The notes under the pieces are model-generated. The model ran no database searches and was not told the DNA's origin. It saw only the letters and a list, made by a program, of their open reading frames with translations. Shown piece by piece: positions 50,567 through 60,099 of a DNA stretch of 64,000 nucleotides. This DNA is from Verrucomicrobiota bacterium (GTDB lineage: Bacteria; Verrucomicrobiota; Verrucomicrobiia; Limisphaerales; Palsa-1400): assembly GCA_049510745.1 (NCBI GenBank), contig JBEKYR010000008.1:160001-224000 (forward strand), read 5' to 3'. Positions within the stretch are counted from its first letter, which is position 1. Each line of letters opens with the position of its first letter. The translations under genes were made by a program, and so were the position numbers.

Positions 50567-51094
50567 CTATTTCTTTTCCGCCGCTTCGAGGCGTTTGAGG
50601 TCTTCGGCCAGAAATTGCGCGACGTCTTTGAATTTTCGGACGTTTTCCGGTTTGATCTCCATCAACGTCTTGTGCGCCTCCAGACAGGCGCGGGTGATTT
50701 CGGCGCGCGACTCGCCGCCGGCCTTGGCCAGCGGCTCGAAATGGTCCGTCAACGGCTCCGCGCCGGAGGTGATCCGAAAGAGATGCGCCACGCCGAGGTT
50801 CTCGAGCACTTCGGCGATGCGCGCATTGGGATTGGACAATTCCAGCGGCGATTCCCGGGGGTTGGCGCCGTCGCAGAATTTCAAGCCGATGCCCGACAAC
50901 ATCCCCAGGAAGGTGCTGTCCATCATGGCGCAATCGCGCAACTCGAAGATGAAGCGGCGGTAGCCGCGCTGCCAGAGTTCGAGGATCAGTTTCTTCAAAT
51001 CCACGCTGCAAGTGAAATCGGCGCGGCCATTGATCCTGACGCAGACCGCCTGGTCACATACCGCCACCATTAAATTTGCCGGAGTCGGATTCAT
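50567..51094 (-). CDS. STAS domain protein (anti-sigma antagonist-like)
   Basis: V.I.GRA.F, MDSTFLG.L, L..LG...LF; C-terminal L.AH.TL....EN..KF.DV. Confidence 0.85.
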   Translation of the reverse strand: MNPTPANLMVAVCDQAVCVRINGRADFTCSVDLKKLILELWQRGYRRFIFELRDCAMMDSTFLGMLSGIGLKFCDGANPRESPLELSNPNARIAEVLENLGVAHLFRITSGAEPLTDHFEPLAKAGGESRAEITRACLEAHKTLMEIKPENVRKFKDVAQFLAEDLKRLEAAEKK

Positions 51095-51133
51095 GAGAAA
51101 ACCGGGGCAATATCCCGCCGGAAAGCCGGGGAG

Positions 51134-52297
51134 TCAAGCGGCGGCGGGCAAAACTGCATTGCCGGCCTGGCCCTCGGGGCGGCTGGCGATGCGCACCAAG
51201 GCCTGCTGCAAGACCAGCGCCGGGTCCAGGTTGCGCGAAATGAGCCTCTGGTTGCACTCCAGCAACAGGGCCATGGCCGCGATCAATTCCTCCCGGCTGT
51301 AGTTGCGCGCCTGCGCCGCCGCCCGATACAACACATACGGATTCAACGCGAGCGGGTTGAATTTTTTGTCCTCGGGCAGCCCTTCGGCCGGAATGCGCGC
51401 CAACTGCGCTTTGAAGCGGTGGAATTCGGATTCCGGTGTGAGCCATTTTTGCGCCATCATTTCCCGCGCGAAAATCAGCGCCCGCACCTTGCTGATCAGC
51501 CCGTAGAGCAGCCCGATCTCGTTGCGTTGCGGGTCGCGCCGCACTTCCCACAACTCCTCGTCCAGGCAGCGCAGCACCTTCGGCAAATCCCGCTCGCCCA
51601 AGGCGTCCCCCAAGGCAAAGGCGCGGGCCTGCTTGTTCCGGGTGACAATGGCATCGACGTCGGCGGCCTCCAGGCGCGGCCGCGCCCCGGCGTAGAGGGT
51701 GAGCTTTTCGATCTCGGAGCGCAACGAGCGGGGGTTGGGGCCGGCATTGGCGATCAAGCTGGCCAGGGCCTCGTCGGAGATTTCCCGGCCCAACTCGCCC
51801 AACGCCCCCAAGGCGAAGGCCTCGGCCTGCTGCACCCAGTCGCTGTCGTCGGCCGACCAGCCGGCCCGGAATTCGACCGAGCCGATTTTCTCCAGCGTCT
51901 TGTAAAAGAGCTTGCGCTTGTCCACTTTCCCGGCGCTGACCAGCAGCCGGACATCGCGCCAGTCAAAGGCCTTCAGTTCCCGGGCCAGCTCGGCGAGCTT
52001 TTCGGTGACGGCCTGGGCGGCGGCGGCGCGTTCTTCGCCCAGGAAATTGCAGTTTTGCAGCCAGACGACTTTGCCGTCGCCGAAGAAAGGGAGGGTCTGC
52101 AAGGCGGCGCGCAGCCTGGCCAGCGCGGCCAGCGCCTCGCCGCTGTTATTGACAGCAGCGTCGATGATTTCGTGGTCCGAGCCGCCGATGGCGGCGCTCC
52201 AGCCCTGGAAGACCTCGCGGGCGCGCTCTTTGACGGCGAATTCGTCCTCGCCACAGACCAGGAGGACGGGGCTTTTGGGGAGGGCGGCGGCGGGCAT
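51134..52297 (-). CDS. holA: DNA polymerase III subunit delta
   Basis: LVCGEDEF, TLPFFG..KVV, DKR..FYK, L.SE.EKL..Y, F.L.DA. Confidence 0.88.
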   Translation of the reverse strand: MPAAALPKSPVLLVCGEDEFAVKERAREVFQGWSAAIGGSDHEIIDAAVNNSGEALAALARLRAALQTLPFFGDGKVVWLQNCNFLGEERAAAAQAVTEKLAELARELKAFDWRDVRLLVSAGKVDKRKLFYKTLEKIGSVEFRAGWSADDSDWVQQAEAFALGALGELGREISDEALASLIANAGPNPRSLRSEIEKLTLYAGARPRLEAADVDAIVTRNKQARAFALGDALGERDLPKVLRCLDEELWEVRRDPQRNEIGLLYGLISKVRALIFAREMMAQKWLTPESEFHRFKAQLARIPAEGLPEDKKFNPLALNPYVLYRAAAQARNYSREELIAAMALLLECNQRLISRNLDPALVLQQALVRIASRPEGQAGNAVLPAAA

Positions 52298-52309
52298 GGG
52301 CGGGAGGCG

Positions 52310-52771
52310 CTATTCGGGTTCCTCGGATTCGCCCGTGTTCTCGTTGATCCGCTCCAGGGTCGCGCTCATGTCTTCGACCTGTTCGAAGAGAGAGGAGGAA
52401 ACGAAGATGGGCCGCTTTTGCGCGGTGGCCAGGGCCAGGCAATCGCTGGGACGGGCGTCAACCTCGACGATTTTGCGTCCCAACTCATTTTCCTGCTGCA
52501 AGATCAGACGGGCGTAAAAGGTCGCGTTTTTCAATTCGGTGATGACCACCCGCTCAATGGTGATGTTGAGGCCTTTAAAGATATTGTTCACCAAGTCGTG
52601 GGTCAGCGGCCGTTCCTTGTGCGTGTCGCGCAGAAACATGCCGATGACGACTCCCATGTTCGGTTCAACCTGGATGACGAACACCTTCCGCGCATTGCCC
52701 AAAAAAATCGCGCAGCCGCTATTCATCGGCAGGATCCCGCGAATTTCCACCGGCAAGACATCATTCTTCAT
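52310..52771 (-). CDS. Bifunctional nuclease family protein (DUF151)
   Basis: RPLTHDL, FYARL, DARPSD..ALA. Confidence 0.92.
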   Translation of the reverse strand: MKNDVLPVEIRGILPMNSGCAIFLGNARKVFVIQVEPNMGVVIGMFLRDTHKERPLTHDLVNNIFKGLNITIERVVITELKNATFYARLILQQENELGRKIVEVDARPSDCLALATAQKRPIFVSSSLFEQVEDMSATLERINENTGESEEPE

Positions 52772-52968
52772 ACCCTCAGGTTAGACGTTTATGCCAAAAA
52801 CTCAAGCGGGCGTTGCGGATGCCCCGGAAACCCGGCCGGGGGCTGCCTTTGACCTTGACAGCAGCCGCGGCGGAAGGGAACGTGGGCACACTGGCGTTGT
52901 GCAGCGGCACTGAACCGCGGCGCGAAACAACAGAGTCGAGGCCGCCGACAGCGCCGGCCCAAAACAAC

Positions 52969-53298
52969 ATGCCCCGCGTTAAAACCGGCGAGTTAAAGGA
53001 AGGAATGGTCGTCGCCAAAGATGTCAAGAATATCGACGACATGCTCCTTCTGCCCGCCAAGGCCGTCCTGACCGGGCGGCAGATCGACATCCTCCAGGCC
53101 TGGGGCGTGGCGGAGCTTGAGGTGGAAGCGTCCGACCTGCTGGGGGACGCCGATCCGCTGGCCCGGCTGCCGCCGGAAGTGGCCGCCCAGTTGGCCGCCC
53201 AGATCAAGGCCCTGTTCTGGCAGGCGGATGATTCCAACCCTGTCTTCGCCGAGATTTTCAAGCTGATGCTCTGGCGCCGTGCGCGCAAAGAACCGTAA
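52969..53298 (+). CDS. Hypothetical protein resembling the N-terminal accessory domain of HD-GYP proteins
   Basis: L.EGMVVAKDV.....LLL.....LT...I..L..WG. Confidence 0.65.
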   Translation: MPRVKTGELKEGMVVAKDVKNIDDMLLLPAKAVLTGRQIDILQAWGVAELEVEASDLLGDADPLARLPPEVAAQLAAQIKALFWQADDSNPVFAEIFKLMLWRRARKEP

Positions 53299-53301
53299 GC
53301 C

Positions 53302-54156
53302 ATGAGGCTGCCCTCCATTACTGAATTGATCAGCGGCATTCCCTCCAGCCTCGGTTCCTGCGGCCCGGTGCTCAAGGAAATCGAAGCGGAATTGCAGTCG
53401 CCCCAGTGCAGCCTCAGCACGGTCGGGGAAGCGATCGAAAAGGACCCCGACCTGACCTCCCGCCTGCTGCGGTTGGGCAACAGTCCCTTTTACGGATACA
53501 GCACCCGGCTGACCAGCGTGGCCGAGGCCGTCAGTTTGATCGGGATTCGCCAGGTGCAGGACCTCCTTCTGGCCTCGAGCATCATTGAACGGTTCGCCGG
53601 CGTGCCGGAGAAATATGTGAGCATGGAATCGTTCTGGCGGCACAGCCTGGCTTGCGGGATTGCCGCCCGGCTGGTGGCCATGGAACGGCGGCTGCCCAAG
53701 CCGGACAAGTATTTCGTGGCGGGGCTGCTGCACGACGTGGGCCGATTGGTTCTCCTTGGGCAGGGCGCGCAGGCGGCCCATCAGGTGTTCCAACTTTGCC
53801 AGAAAGAACGGATGCTCCTGCGGGAAGCGGAAATGCGGGTGTTGGGCTTTGACCACCAGCAGATCGGCGGGGCCTTGCTCCGCCACTGGAGATACCCCAC
53901 CACCCTCATCGAGGCCGTCGCCTGCCATCATCAACCGGCCCTGGCGGAGCTGGGCCGCGAAGAAGCCGCCACCGTTCATTTCTGCGATCACCTGGTCAAC
54001 GCCATGCAGATCGGCTGTTCCGGCGAGCGTTATGTGCCGCCCCTGAACATGAAGGCGTGGGAGCGGCTCCATCTTCCGCTGGAGACGCTGCCCTCGATCG
54101 TCGGCGCCGTGGACGAACAGATCGAGGCGGTGATCGAGGTCTTTTTGAAGCATTGA
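53302..54156 (+). CDS. HDOD domain protein
   Basis: DP.L..RLLRL.NS..YG, FWRHS, AGLLHDVGRL, DH..IG..L..W. Confidence 0.92.
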   Translation: MRLPSITELISGIPSSLGSCGPVLKEIEAELQSPQCSLSTVGEAIEKDPDLTSRLLRLGNSPFYGYSTRLTSVAEAVSLIGIRQVQDLLLASSIIERFAGVPEKYVSMESFWRHSLACGIAARLVAMERRLPKPDKYFVAGLLHDVGRLVLLGQGAQAAHQVFQLCQKERMLLREAEMRVLGFDHQQIGGALLRHWRYPTTLIEAVACHHQPALAELGREEAATVHFCDHLVNAMQIGCSGERYVPPLNMKAWERLHLPLETLPSIVGAVDEQIEAVIEVFLKH

Positions 54157-54159
54157 GGC

Positions 54160-54912
54160 ATGGAACCGCCGGGCGACATTTTTGATTCCATTTATCCCGA
54201 CATGCTCAAGACCGGCTTGGGAAAACTCGGGCTGCTGGATGCGCAACGGGAGTTGCTGGCGCTCTTTTCCGCCCTCGAACATTTCCGCCGCGACCTGCAC
54301 GCGCAGGAAAGCGCCGACGGCATCCTGCGCCTGAGCCAGCAGTATATCCAGGGCCTGAACCTGTTCCGCGCCGCCGGTTTCTGGCTGGTGTCTCCGGCGG
54401 AACTGAGCTTCGAGATTGCGTTGGCGTCGCCGGAATCGGAGCGGGAGCGGCTGGACGGGGTGGTGCGCGGGGAAATCCGCGCCGGCCGGTTTGCGTGGGC
54501 ATTGCGGCAAAGCGCGCCGGTCTTTTTCGCGGCGGGACCGCCCGAAAACCCGGAGCGCGGGCTGCTCCATGCGCTGGCGGTTTCCAGCCAGGTGGTCGGG
54601 ATGTTCTGCGGCCTCCTGCGGCGCGAACTGGCGCCGAACCAGGAAATCGTTTTCAGCCTGCTCTCGTTGCTTTTGGGCGGCAGCGCGGACGCCCTGGCCA
54701 CGTTGCGCAAGACAGCGAGTTTGACCAGCCAGATCAACACCTTGAGCGGGCTGCTGCCCGTCTGCTCGTGGTGCCGGAAGGTCCGCGATGATCGCGGGTA
54801 CTGGGAGCAGATCGAGAAGTATATCAGCAGCCGCACCGCGGCTTCGTTCACCCACGGGATTTGTCCGGAGTGCCGGCAGAAATGGCTGGAGGATCCAGGC
54901 GCCGGCTCGTGA
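54160..54912 (+). CDS. GAF-like sensor protein with C-terminal Cys-rich motif
   Basis: C-terminal LSGLLPVCSWCRKVRDD.GYW..IE.YI......FTHGICPEC. Confidence 0.7.
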   Translation: MEPPGDIFDSIYPDMLKTGLGKLGLLDAQRELLALFSALEHFRRDLHAQESADGILRLSQQYIQGLNLFRAAGFWLVSPAELSFEIALASPESERERLDGVVRGEIRAGRFAWALRQSAPVFFAAGPPENPERGLLHALAVSSQVVGMFCGLLRRELAPNQEIVFSLLSLLLGGSADALATLRKTASLTSQINTLSGLLPVCSWCRKVRDDRGYWEQIEKYISSRTAASFTHGICPECRQKWLEDPGAGS

Positions 54913-55089
54913 GGTTCTCGCGCGGAGGCCGAAGAAAAAAACTGTTTCTTTTTCCCTCTCCGCGCCTTGCGCGAGCATTCCCGCTCGGAGCGTTTTCACA
55001 CAGCGGAAACGATTCATTCCCAGATCGGCACGAGACGAAGAATTTTATCCTGCACCCGATGGTTTAGACTTGTCCGATTTCAATTTGCG

Positions 55090-55353
55090 TCAAATCGTTG
55101 AAGTCATTTTTGCTGAAGACCGGACATCCCTGTCTGCGCGGAGGGCGGCGCGGATGGCGTCCCGGCTGACTTTGACCGGCAACATCAGAAAACCTTCCCG
55201 CGTGCGGATGGGCTTTACTACAGGAACTTCCTTTTCCACCAATTGCACCACGCGCACACTTCCATCCGGCTGGCGGGAGGCGTCAAACGCGGTGCGCGGC
55301 GGAAATAAATCAGCGGAGCAGATGCGGCCATTTTTATCAGCAACCAATTTCAT
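55090..55353 (-). CDS. Small hypothetical protein, AbrB/MazE-like antitoxin possible
   Basis: D..GRI N-terminal motif; AIRAALRADRD helix. Confidence 0.5.
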   Translation of the reverse strand: MKLVADKNGRICSADLFPPRTAFDASRQPDGSVRVVQLVEKEVPVVKPIRTREGFLMLPVKVSRDAIRAALRADRDVRSSAKMTSTI

Positions 55354-55461
55354 AATGGGATTATCCCATAAGCCGGAGCAGTTTCAAGGGCATTTTCCAA
55401 AGCTGTTTTCCCGCCCGGGGGCGTCACAAAGGGCAAACCCGGCAGGCCAACCTTCCGAGGT

Positions 55462-55728
55462 TCAAATCGAGGCCGGTTTGTCGGAAGCGCGCAGGTGCCG
55501 GCGGCACCTGAGAATGACGGCTTTCTGGAATACATGAAACTCCGGCTTGGGCGGCGCCAACCGATCATAGCGGTTTGCGATTTCCTGGTGGAATACGCGC
55601 TCCGCTTGGTCGCGTTCGGCTGAGAATGGATCGAGGGCGTGCGCGAACTTGTCATAGAGTTGGGCCAGGCTCGCAATCTGCTCCCGGGAGATGGCCTCTA
55701 CGAGTGCATCTGGTGGAGGCGTTGGCAT
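55462..55728 (-). CDS. Hypothetical protein
   Basis: Helical, protein-like composition; overlaps the 3' end of the upstream ORF. Confidence 0.55.
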   Translation of the reverse strand: MPTPPPDALVEAISREQIASLAQLYDKFAHALDPFSAERDQAERVFHQEIANRYDRLAPPKPEFHVFQKAVILRCRRHLRASDKPASI

Positions 55729-56057
55729 CTGTTTCTCAAGTCGAGCACCCGGTCGTAGAAAAACGCCGCGCCGCAATCGGGGTGGGCGAGCGACAACTGG
55801 TGGAGCCGTTTGGCGAATTCATCGCATTGGGAAACCATCGTACCCCACCATCCCGCGACCTTTGCCAAGTCCTCCTCGCGGCGCGCGAACTGGACCACGA
55901 ACTTGTAGATGGTCAGCAGTTGGGCCTCCAGTCGCGCGGCAGCATCGTTAAACGGCACACAAACGTCTTGCGGCAGGGTCGCCACTTCCTGGTCAAATGC
56001 GGCCAGCGTTGACTCGGCCAATACCTTGACATCCGATTCGGTTAGACATTCTGTCAT
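55698..56057 (-). CDS. Hypothetical protein
   Basis: 119-aa helical ORF with ATG start and protein-like composition. Confidence 0.6.
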   Translation of the reverse strand: MTECLTESDVKVLAESTLAAFDQEVATLPQDVCVPFNDAAARLEAQLLTIYKFVVQFARREEDLAKVAGWWGTMVSQCDEFAKRLHQLSLAHPDCGAAFFYDRVLDLRNRCQRLHQMHS

Positions 56058-56174
56058 CGCGGCACAAGCCTATTCAAGAAACCCAAGCGTGTAAAGCTCG
56101 CAACGCGCTCCCCGAAATCAACCGCATGCTTCCGTAAGTGCCATCAGTACCCCATCCACGGGGGTTGAGGCGAC

Positions 56175-56735
56175 TCAACGTTTCAATAATTCGGCAACAT
56201 CGACGATGGCGTCCGGGAAGCGGGCGGGGCTGGCCTGGTCTCCGGCGTTTAGGATTTTAGACGAGCCGTAGCCGGTGAAATGCGGCTCGCGATAAACCTC
56301 CAGCGTCCCATTGACCAAATTCACGATCCACACCTCCGCGATGCCGGCGCGTCCGTAAGCCGGCAGCTTCACTTCACGGTCGGACTCCAGCGTCGAGTCA
56401 GACACTTCGATGAGCAGGAAGACGTCTTCGGGTCCGGGGTGGCGGCTGGTGTAATCGTCCGCCGCCGGATTGAGCAGCATCAAATCGGGCTGCGGCTCGG
56501 AATAGTCATCCAGATGAACAGGGTTTCGCACCGACAGCAACCAGCGATCCTTTGATAACGGGGTGAAAAGACGGTTGAGCCGTCTAACGATACCGCCATG
56601 ATATGGGCTAATTCGTGGTGTATCGATGATTTGGCCGTCGAGCAGTTCCACGCGGGCGCCCGGGCGGAGCACGCCGGTTTCACCCATGCGGTAATACTCC
56701 TTGACGCTAAAACGATGCCGGGGCTGCATCGGCAT
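56175..56735 (-). CDS. Uma2 family (DUF820) endonuclease
   Basis: RVEL.DG.I, SEPQPD, IEVSDSTL..DR..K...Y..AGI.EVW.V. Confidence 0.92.
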   Translation of the reverse strand: MPMQPRHRFSVKEYYRMGETGVLRPGARVELLDGQIIDTPRISPYHGGIVRRLNRLFTPLSKDRWLLSVRNPVHLDDYSEPQPDLMLLNPAADDYTSRHPGPEDVFLLIEVSDSTLESDREVKLPAYGRAGIAEVWIVNLVNGTLEVYREPHFTGYGSSKILNAGDQASPARFPDAIVDVAELLKR

Positions 56736-56738
56736 GGG

Positions 56739-57911
56739 CTAAATCTTCCCGTAAAACTCTTCGACCACGGCGCGGAAATTGTTCTCGGCCACGTTGATGA
56801 TTTTCATCTCGCGCTCGGCGCTTTCCACCGAATCGCTGGCGTGGGCGGCGTTGACCATGATGGTGGAGCCGAACTCGCGGCGCACGGAACCGGGCGGCGC
56901 TTTGGAAGGATCGGTCGGCCCCAGCACGTCGCGAATTTTCCCGATGGCCGCGACTCCTTCGTAAATGAGCGCGATACACTTTTCGGTGCCGGGCTGGGTT
57001 AACAGGGCCGGGTCGCACTCGGCGGGGGAGCGGCCGGACATGAATTTGACGATGTTCTCAAACTGGTTGTCGCCAAAAGAGGGTCCGAGGATTTCCCCGA
57101 GTTGTTTCTCGTCCCCCGGCGGCACCTTGAAACCGAATTCCTTTTCCAAGGCCGCCTTGGCGCGGGCGGCGACGACGTCTTTGAGCTTGGTGCGCAAGAC
57201 CTCGCGGACGGGGCTGTAAAACTCGGAGGCCTCGGCCACACTCATGCGATGGACTTTGATGCCGACAATGAAAAGACCGGTGCGCGAAAGGAAATCAATG
57301 ACGTTGCCGGGCCGCCCGGTGGCGAAGCGGAAATTGTCCGGCTTGATGAGGACCAGGGTGCGCTGGGGCGTTTCGCCCGGCCCATAGGCCAGCGTGCCGT
57401 TGACAATGCCGCCGTCGGAATCCGAGTAGCGGGCCCAGAGTTTGAGTTTCAGGCCCGCTTCTTCCGGCATGGGCGAGGCCAGCACGGCCGGCTCGAAATA
57501 GCGCACCTGGTCGTGTTCGTCCATGACGAGGTCGCCGTAGGTGTCGCGGATGGTCTCGCCCCCGTGGCGGCCGGGGGCGATGTTGCCGATGACGGAGCGG
57601 GTTTTGCGCACGGCTTCCTCGCCGCGGAACAAGAGCATCATGACGCGGCGGTGCCGCTTGCTCTTCGGGTCCGGGGCCAGATTGCGCAGGATGTAGTCGC
57701 GGATCAATTCCTGGACGCGGCGGTCTTGCGGATCGGCGGCGGAAATGATGAGGTCTGAGTATTGCTGGACCAGCTCGGCGCTGGGGGCGAACATGCGCGC
57801 CGCCACCAATTCCAGTCCGGTGCGGGTGATCAAACGCGCCAGGATGCCGCCGGTGCGCGATTTGTGCAGCGTGTAGGGGGTGATGATGACGTAGGCCAGT
57901 TGTTGCGCCAT
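56739..57911 (-). CDS. ndk: Two-domain nucleoside-diphosphate kinase
   Basis: C-terminal domain: TLVLIKPD, GPTDP..A.PGS.R..FG, NAAHASDS. N-terminal domain is degenerate. Confidence 0.85.
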   Translation of the reverse strand: MAQQLAYVIITPYTLHKSRTGGILARLITRTGLELVAARMFAPSAELVQQYSDLIISAADPQDRRVQELIRDYILRNLAPDPKSKRHRRVMMLLFRGEEAVRKTRSVIGNIAPGRHGGETIRDTYGDLVMDEHDQVRYFEPAVLASPMPEEAGLKLKLWARYSDSDGGIVNGTLAYGPGETPQRTLVLIKPDNFRFATGRPGNVIDFLSRTGLFIVGIKVHRMSVAEASEFYSPVREVLRTKLKDVVAARAKAALEKEFGFKVPPGDEKQLGEILGPSFGDNQFENIVKFMSGRSPAECDPALLTQPGTEKCIALIYEGVAAIGKIRDVLGPTDPSKAPPGSVRREFGSTIMVNAAHASDSVESAEREMKIINVAENNFRAVVEEFYGKI

Positions 57912-57918
57912 AGGGAAG

Positions 57919-58116
57919 TCAGCTTGGCTGGTTGGTGGGCTTGGAAGCAGTGGCTGTCGTCGCGGACGCTTTGCTGCCGCCAAGGATTTTGAACATCACC
58001 ACGCCGCAAGTCGGACACTTGCCCTTGATCGCTTTGCGCCCATTCTTCATCGTCTCTTCAACGGCCTCGGCAATTTCTTTTTTTGCTTTGCACTTAAAAC
58101 AATATCCTTCAGCCAT
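57919..58116 (-). CDS. DUF5679-like small zinc-ribbon protein
   Basis: YCFKCK.K.E......MKNGR.A.KG.CP.CG..MFKI. Confidence 0.85.
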   Translation of the reverse strand: MAEGYCFKCKAKKEIAEAVEETMKNGRKAIKGKCPTCGVVMFKILGGSKASATTATASKPTNQPS

Positions 58117-58275
58117 AAAATCGGACTCGACAAGACGCTTCAAGCAGTCCCGTCGCAGTGCCGGCAGTGTAAAGGTTAGACCTTGCAACCGTCAACTCGT
58201 AAAAGTCCGCCTGATATGTAAGTCCTTCTTAAATAAGATGATATGCTGGGACGGCTTTTCGTCAAAAGAACGCGG

Positions 58276-59760
58276 CTACGGGGCTTTCGAGGCGATTTTG
58301 CGCAGTTCCGTTTTCAGGATCTTGCCCGTCGCGTTATGCGGCAGGGCGGACACAAAAACCACGCGCCGGGGAATTTTGTAGTCGGCCAATCGCTCGCGCG
58401 CGAAGGCCAGCAGCGGCCCCTCCTCCAGTTGGACGCCCTCGTGCGGCGCGACAAACGCCAGCGGCTGCTCTCCGCGCCGCGCGTCGGGCACGCCGATGAC
58501 GGCGGCTTCCCTGACTCCGGGATATTTGTAGAGGATTTCCTCAATCTCGCGGGGATAGACGTTGATGCCGTTGACCAGGAGCATGTCCTTCTTGCGGTCG
58601 GTGATGTAGAAGTAACCGTCGGCGTCACTGTGGCCGATGTCGCCGGTCAAGAGCCAGCCGTTGCGCAGGACGTGGGCTGTGGCGGCGGGCTGATTCCAGT
58701 AGCCCTGCATGACGTTGGGGCCGCGCACACAGACTTCGCCCGTCTGCCCTGGCGGCAGCATCTCCCCGGCCTCGTTCTGAATGGTGACCTCGACGTTGGC
58801 AATGGGTTTGCCAATCGATCCCGCCTTCCACGGGCCGCGAATGGGCTGAAAGGAAACGACCGGACTGGCCTCGCTCAAGCCGTAGCCTTCGAGCAGCGGA
58901 ATGGGAAAGCAGGCGGTGAATTCCCGCAGCGTTTCGGCCGGCAACGGCGCGCCGCCGCTGATGCACAGGCGCAACGGAAAGGCGGGCGGCACCGCGCTGC
59001 GCGCCAGGGCGCGAAAGAATTGCGGCACGGCCGGCAGCAACGTGGCCTGATGCTGGAGGATTTCCAGGAGGACATTCTTGGGCGGATGCAGCGTTTTAAT
59101 GAGAACCATTGAGCCGCCGACCAGCATCGGCAGCAGCAGGCCGACCGTCAGCATGAAACTATGAAACAGGGGCAGGACCACGACAAACCGATCCGTCCCC
59201 ACCGCTTCGAGCGCCACGCGGCAACTCTGCACGTTGGCCAGCAGATTGCCGTGGGAGAGCATCGCCCCCTTGGGATGGCCGGTGGTGCCCGATGTGTAAA
59301 CGAGCACCGCCAGGTCCGCCTCGGTCAAATCGGAAGGGGCCGCCGCGCCGGCGTCCTCCAGCCGGCCAAAGGAGCTGGCGCGGAGCGATTTCAATTCGGG
59401 GCGCCCGGCCGCCAATTTTGCCAAACCCTCATCCATCGTTTCATCCACAATCAGAACATTGATGCCGGCATCGGCGAGAATGAAGCTGACTTCAGCCGGC
59501 TTGAGAAAATTGTTGATCGGCACCGCCACCGCGCCCGCCTGTAAAATGCCGAAGAGCGCCGGGACAAATTCCGGGCAATTCCTGAGCCAGATTCCGACCC
59601 GGTCGCCGCGCCGGACGCCGAAGCCAGCGCGCAACCGTTCCGCCACCCAGAGGGACTGCGACCAGAGATCGAGGTAAGAGAAGCGGGCGTCGCCCCAAAA
59701 GAGGGCGGTCTTGGCGGGATCGCCGCGGGCGTTGGAAGCGAAAGCGAGTGCCAGGTTCAT
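58276..59760 (-). CDS. Long-chain fatty acid--CoA ligase
   Basis: YTSGTTG.PKG, EGYGLSE, RGPNVM.GYW, TGDIG, DRKKD, TGKI.K. Confidence 0.93.
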   Translation of the reverse strand: MNLALAFASNARGDPAKTALFWGDARFSYLDLWSQSLWVAERLRAGFGVRRGDRVGIWLRNCPEFVPALFGILQAGAVAVPINNFLKPAEVSFILADAGINVLIVDETMDEGLAKLAAGRPELKSLRASSFGRLEDAGAAAPSDLTEADLAVLVYTSGTTGHPKGAMLSHGNLLANVQSCRVALEAVGTDRFVVVLPLFHSFMLTVGLLLPMLVGGSMVLIKTLHPPKNVLLEILQHQATLLPAVPQFFRALARSAVPPAFPLRLCISGGAPLPAETLREFTACFPIPLLEGYGLSEASPVVSFQPIRGPWKAGSIGKPIANVEVTIQNEAGEMLPPGQTGEVCVRGPNVMQGYWNQPAATAHVLRNGWLLTGDIGHSDADGYFYITDRKKDMLLVNGINVYPREIEEILYKYPGVREAAVIGVPDARRGEQPLAFVAPHEGVQLEEGPLLAFARERLADYKIPRRVVFVSALPHNATGKILKTELRKIASKAP

Positions 59761-59920
59761 TGAAGTTCCGAATGTTCCCAAGGGGGCCGGAGAAGCGCAA
59801 GGTTGAAAGGGTCGAAATATCAGGGTAGGGGCCGCTTTGGTTTGCTTTGCCTGATCTTGGGTTGTGGGCTACTTTGAATTTCCGCTGGCACGTTGACCGC
59901 AAAAGCGGCACGTTGCCAGC

Positions 59921-60052
59921 ATGATTAAACCGAAGAAGAAGCGCAAGGGAGATGCGGCCCAAGTCGCTTAAAGCGTCATGCAGGAGGTTATCCGAATGAG
60001 CAATAAGCCCATTGTCGCCCCGCCCGCCACAAAGCCCAAGAAAAAGCGGTAA
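59921..60052 (+). pseudogene. Small basic protein, interrupted
   Basis: MIKPKKKRKGDAAQVA*SVMQEVIRMSNKPIVAPPATKPKKKR*, just inside the left TIR. Confidence 0.45.
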
Positions 60053-60099
60053 TTTTCGGGCTTTCTTCATGGGCGGAATTGGGGCTTTATGCGGTGATT

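Noticed and set aside
55420..55465. c-di-GMP-I riboswitch (GGGCAAACC); a similar fragment near 15130
   Set aside because: The GNRA-capped P2 stem and the following GACGCAAAGC element are missing.
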